A stretch of 63,983 nt of DNA, counting the filler, from Lenisia limosa (taxonomy: Eukaryota; Protista; Breviatea), in the NCBI GenBank assembly GCA_001655205.1. It is 16 parts of 16 records of this genome, joined end to end, with 100 filler letters (N's around TTAATTAATTAA, not from the genome) between each part and the next. Parts side by side here need not be neighbours in the genome. Positions count along the whole stretch, not along the records: positions 61,138 to 62,594 come from LPNZ01002456.1; positions 62,695 to 63,983 come from LPNZ01000873.1; 14 more parts are not named here. One strand, written 5' to 3'. The notes under the pieces were generated by a model. The model worked only from the letters and a program-made list of their open reading frames with translations, made no database searches and was not told the origin of the DNA. Every line of letters begins with the position of its first letter. Positions within the stretch are counted from its first letter, which is position 1. The position numbers were made by a program, and so were the translations under genes. Shown piece after piece: positions 61,138 through 63,983 of the stretch.

Positions 61138-62134
61138 TGAGCCTCACGTCATCAATCCGGTCAATGCCAAAACGAACATCGTCCGATCAGCTCTCTATAA
61201 GTGGGCCTGAAGAAATCCCCCACTCCCCATCACAGTTTAGGTTTACCCCTCTCCCATCTGTTTTGTTTGGAATTTTTTACTTGACTCCTCTCCCTCCCCC
61301 CTTGGTTTTGATGTTTTGATGTTTCTCAAATATTGAACAGAGTTTCTTTTTGGTTGTATGTCCCCTTTTCACCCCCCACCCCAGACAGCAAACGCTCCAC
61401 CCGTATTCCAAGGCCAGAATCCCCGCCAATTGTGCGTTCGTTTGCCGCCTCAGTGTCGAAAGTCACTAATAAGTGGGGGGGTATGGGATGAGAGAGGGGA
61501 TAAGTGATATTCCTCACAAACTGGATAGTGTAGACGGTTTCGGCTACCAATTCCCTTGAACAATCAGGATATGACCAGACACCTGGGTCCAATTGTCACA
61601 AAAAAGATACCATACCTTTTTAATGCATGTTTCCCAGTTTTCATTTATTCTATTCGCAATCAATCTCACCCCCAGGTTTGACGCTGTCATCCGACGGAGG
61701 CCCTCAATTGACATTGGGTCCGTACCGAGTCCAACTGGACGGTCCTCCAAGTCCCCGCCACCGTATCGGTATAGGGGGTTGGTGCTGGTCTATTTCTGTT
61801 TACATTGTCACCAAAAATGGGGATGGATTGAGTCTGAGGTTTTGGAGCTGTGCTTTCCCATGATTTTTGATGTAGTTACAAAAGGGATTCAATCACTTCA
61901 AATCTCCCCGATTCATTTGCAATTCAAGTTCCTGGCCACAATGTCATACATATCATAAAAGTTGTTTTCTCAAGAAGCCCAAATTATCCTTGACAGATAT
62001 TTTCAAGAAACAAACAATGACGCTGTAGGTCGCAGCCTCCGCGGCCGCCTTCGCCCCTCAGCCGCACCCGGGCCCCGTCCCCCCTGTCTAGGCCTCCAAG
62101 CAAAACAATGCTTGCTGACTTTGAGGAGCTTTAA
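61138..62134 (+). CDS. Pro/Ser/Arg-rich C-terminus of a hypothetical protein
   Basis: Four phase-compatible exons ending SQPPRPPSPLSRTRAPSPLSRPPSKTMLADFEEL-TAA. Confidence 0.65.
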
Positions 62135-62714
62135 TGTGTTTGTATCAGTGAAAGGTAGTGTAATGTTTCTTTTTGATATGTCAGAATGAAACAACTTTTA
62201 TTTCAATTTCCTTATGAATATGGTCCAAATCATATTTCCCTTCTTCCGCTGCTGCAACGCTTGAACGAAATACATAGTGTACTGTACATACCTTAAATAA
62301 GATGAAATCAGCAGCATATCCCCGACTTAACGGGTCCATGTGTAGACAATAATGGACAGGCTCGAGAGCCCCACAATGACGCCCAAAACAATGAGAAGCC
62401 ACCCCTCCCTTCTGAGGCCTTTTTCGGACTTCAAAGCAAGACGGATCGCGAAAATACCTGAATGTGAGTCTCAGCTACGGAGGACAGTGAAGTGGTGCGG
62501 TTGGTCATGATATTGAAAATCATACGGTCTCCAACATATTTACAAAGGCAAGTTTTCTTGTACAAAAAAGACGGAATTTCGATAATTCCTCGATNNNNNN
62601 NNNNNNNNNNNNNNNNNNNNNNNNNNNNNNNNNNNNNNTTAATTAATTAANNNNNNNNNNNNNNNNNNNNNNNNNNNNNNNNNNNNNNNNNNNNAATATC
62701 ATGTTTCACTCATG

Positions 62715-62810
62715 TGCTGTCAGCCAACAGAGTTGATTTTGGGCTTCTTTTTTTTTTTGATCGTTTCGTAAAATATTCCAATTTTACTCCCTCCCCCCCT
62801 CCTCCCGCAG
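62715..62810 (+). repeat. Family A repeat ending at a dynein acceptor (a shorter copy ends at 63163)
   Basis: TGTCAGCCAACAGAGTTGATTTTGGGC...CCAATTTTACTCCCTCCCCCCCTCCTCCCGCAG. Confidence 0.9.
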
Positions 62811-63897
62811 CTTCAAATACGGCTGCGAATACCTCGGAAACACTGGACGTCTTGTCATTACCCCCCTCACTGAACGTTGTTATCTCACTCTCACTGGAGC
62901 GCTTCTTTTGGGACTTGGAGGCGCCCCTCAAGGCCCTGCGGGAACCGGTGAGGGGACGTCGTTGTGTTTTCGCAGTTGATGTTGCTGCTAATTTGGGTTC
63001 ATGCTGTATTTCATATTGAATACTCAAGTGGCCGTGAAACACCAACATAGTTCATTCTAGGGATTTCCAAGACAACTTAGACATACTTATATCTCCCATT
63101 AGAGTGAGTTGATACGGGCTTTTTTGTTTAATAAATTTTCCAATTTTACTCCCTTCCCTATAGGCAAAACTGAGACCACGAAGGACTTGGCCAAGGCTCT
63201 CGCAAAGCAATGCGTGGTGTTCAACTGCTCTGACGGCTTGGACTATTTGGCTATGGGCAAGGTGGGTGGAGTTAATAGACTTTCCGATGCATTTATGTCA
63301 CGAATTCCTTTGGCATTTCACTCAGAAAACTGCAGTACCTTACACTTTAGTTCTTCAAGGGCCTGGCACAGTCTGGAGCCTGGGTGTGCTTTGACGAGTT
63401 CAACAGAATCGACATTGAAGTGGGGGGTAGTATATTTTTTTATATTGATTTTCAGTCACTCAATATACACAATGATATCAAAATTCAATATCTCTTATTA
63501 GCATGATGTTGGAGACTGCTCTTGCTATACTATACAAGCTTTTGTCTTTTCAACATGTGTTCACTCCTTAGGTGCTGTCTGTGGTTGCTCAACAGATTAT
63601 GTCCATTCAAAAGGCTGTACAATCCAATGTGGGCACTATATATTGATATTGTTTAATTTTTTTTTTTTTCACAAAACATAAATTGTTTTGTAGCGCTACT
63701 TTGTTTATCTTCTCTTTGGCTCCTTCGGTTAAATGTTTTAGCCATATTTTATTTGTCATCTCTGTATATCTACATATGGATATTACTGGGACCTTTTCTT
63801 TGTTTTAATTGACGCTATAGGCCCAAAGATTCCTATTTGAAGACTCTGAGATCCCTCTTGATAAGAGTTGTGCTATCTTCTTCACCATGAATCCGGG
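62811..63897 (+). CDS. Axonemal dynein heavy chain, AAA1 region (5 exons)
   Basis: Exons 62811-62947, 63164-63261, 63351-63419, 63572-63628 and 63821-63897: [22 protein letters not shown]...[22 protein letters not shown]...[22 protein letters not shown]...FFTMNPG. Confidence 0.97.
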
Positions 63898-63983
63898 GTG
63901 AGGGGGGCATCTTCTTCATTTTATATGTTAGGTGATGGTGGCTGGGCGTTGTTTGTTTCGTTGTTATTAACCCTCATGTGTTG

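Noticed and set aside
1-63983. Autonomous transposase, reverse transcriptase, rRNA or tRNA genes
   Set aside because: No long ORF with DDE or RT motifs, and no recognisable rRNA or cloverleaf sequence in the readable portion.
1-63983. Functional clustering, for example zinc transporter near the His-rich protein, or CSN4, PA200 and HECT together
   Set aside because: Most of these genes are on different scaffolds joined arbitrarily. Only CSN4 and PA200 share a scaffold, and one convergent pair is not evidence of a cluster.
1-63983. Alternative genetic code
   Set aside because: TAA, TAG and TGA all end recognisable genes (PA200 and HECT TAA, MNS1 TAG, CSN4 TGA), and the conserved exons I translated contain no in-frame stops.

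Overview
This is not one contiguous locus. It is about 16 short draft scaffolds of an intron-rich, gene-dense eukaryote, joined by artificial N44-TTAATTAATTAA-N44 linkers, with many internal N gaps that mostly abut G or C homopolymers. The six-frame ORF track is mostly uninformative because exons are about 30-150 nt, so I spliced genes by hand using GT-AG boundaries and phase continuity. Recognisable, mostly partial genes: U-box protein, metallophosphoesterase, RNI-like LRR protein, MNS1, myosin I (TH1 tail), SPAG17/PF6-like, DHHC palmitoyltransferase, ZnT5/7-type zinc transporter, Vnx1/type-II CAX antiporter, COP9 subunit 4, PA200/Blm10, a secreted fibrinogen-like protein, EML, Rad54-like C-terminus, HECT E3 ligase, kinesin, TOR-like N-terminus and axonemal dynein heavy chain. 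This suggests a flagellated protist using the standard code. The most striking signal is in the introns, which are mosaics of short dispersed repeats. Family A (~110-150 nt) lay on the sense strand of the host gene in every clear copy I could assign and often supplies the 3' splice site, which is Introner-like. Family B is a ~95-nt TA-flanked hairpin MITE with about 30 copies in either orientation. Family D is a smaller Tc1-like hairpin element, and C and F are two further modules. Several introns also have complementary 5' and 3' ends, and one HECT intron appears to hold a nested antisense gene. No rRNA, tRNA, CRISPR array or autonomous transposase was seen. Protein identities rest on recalled motifs, not database searches.
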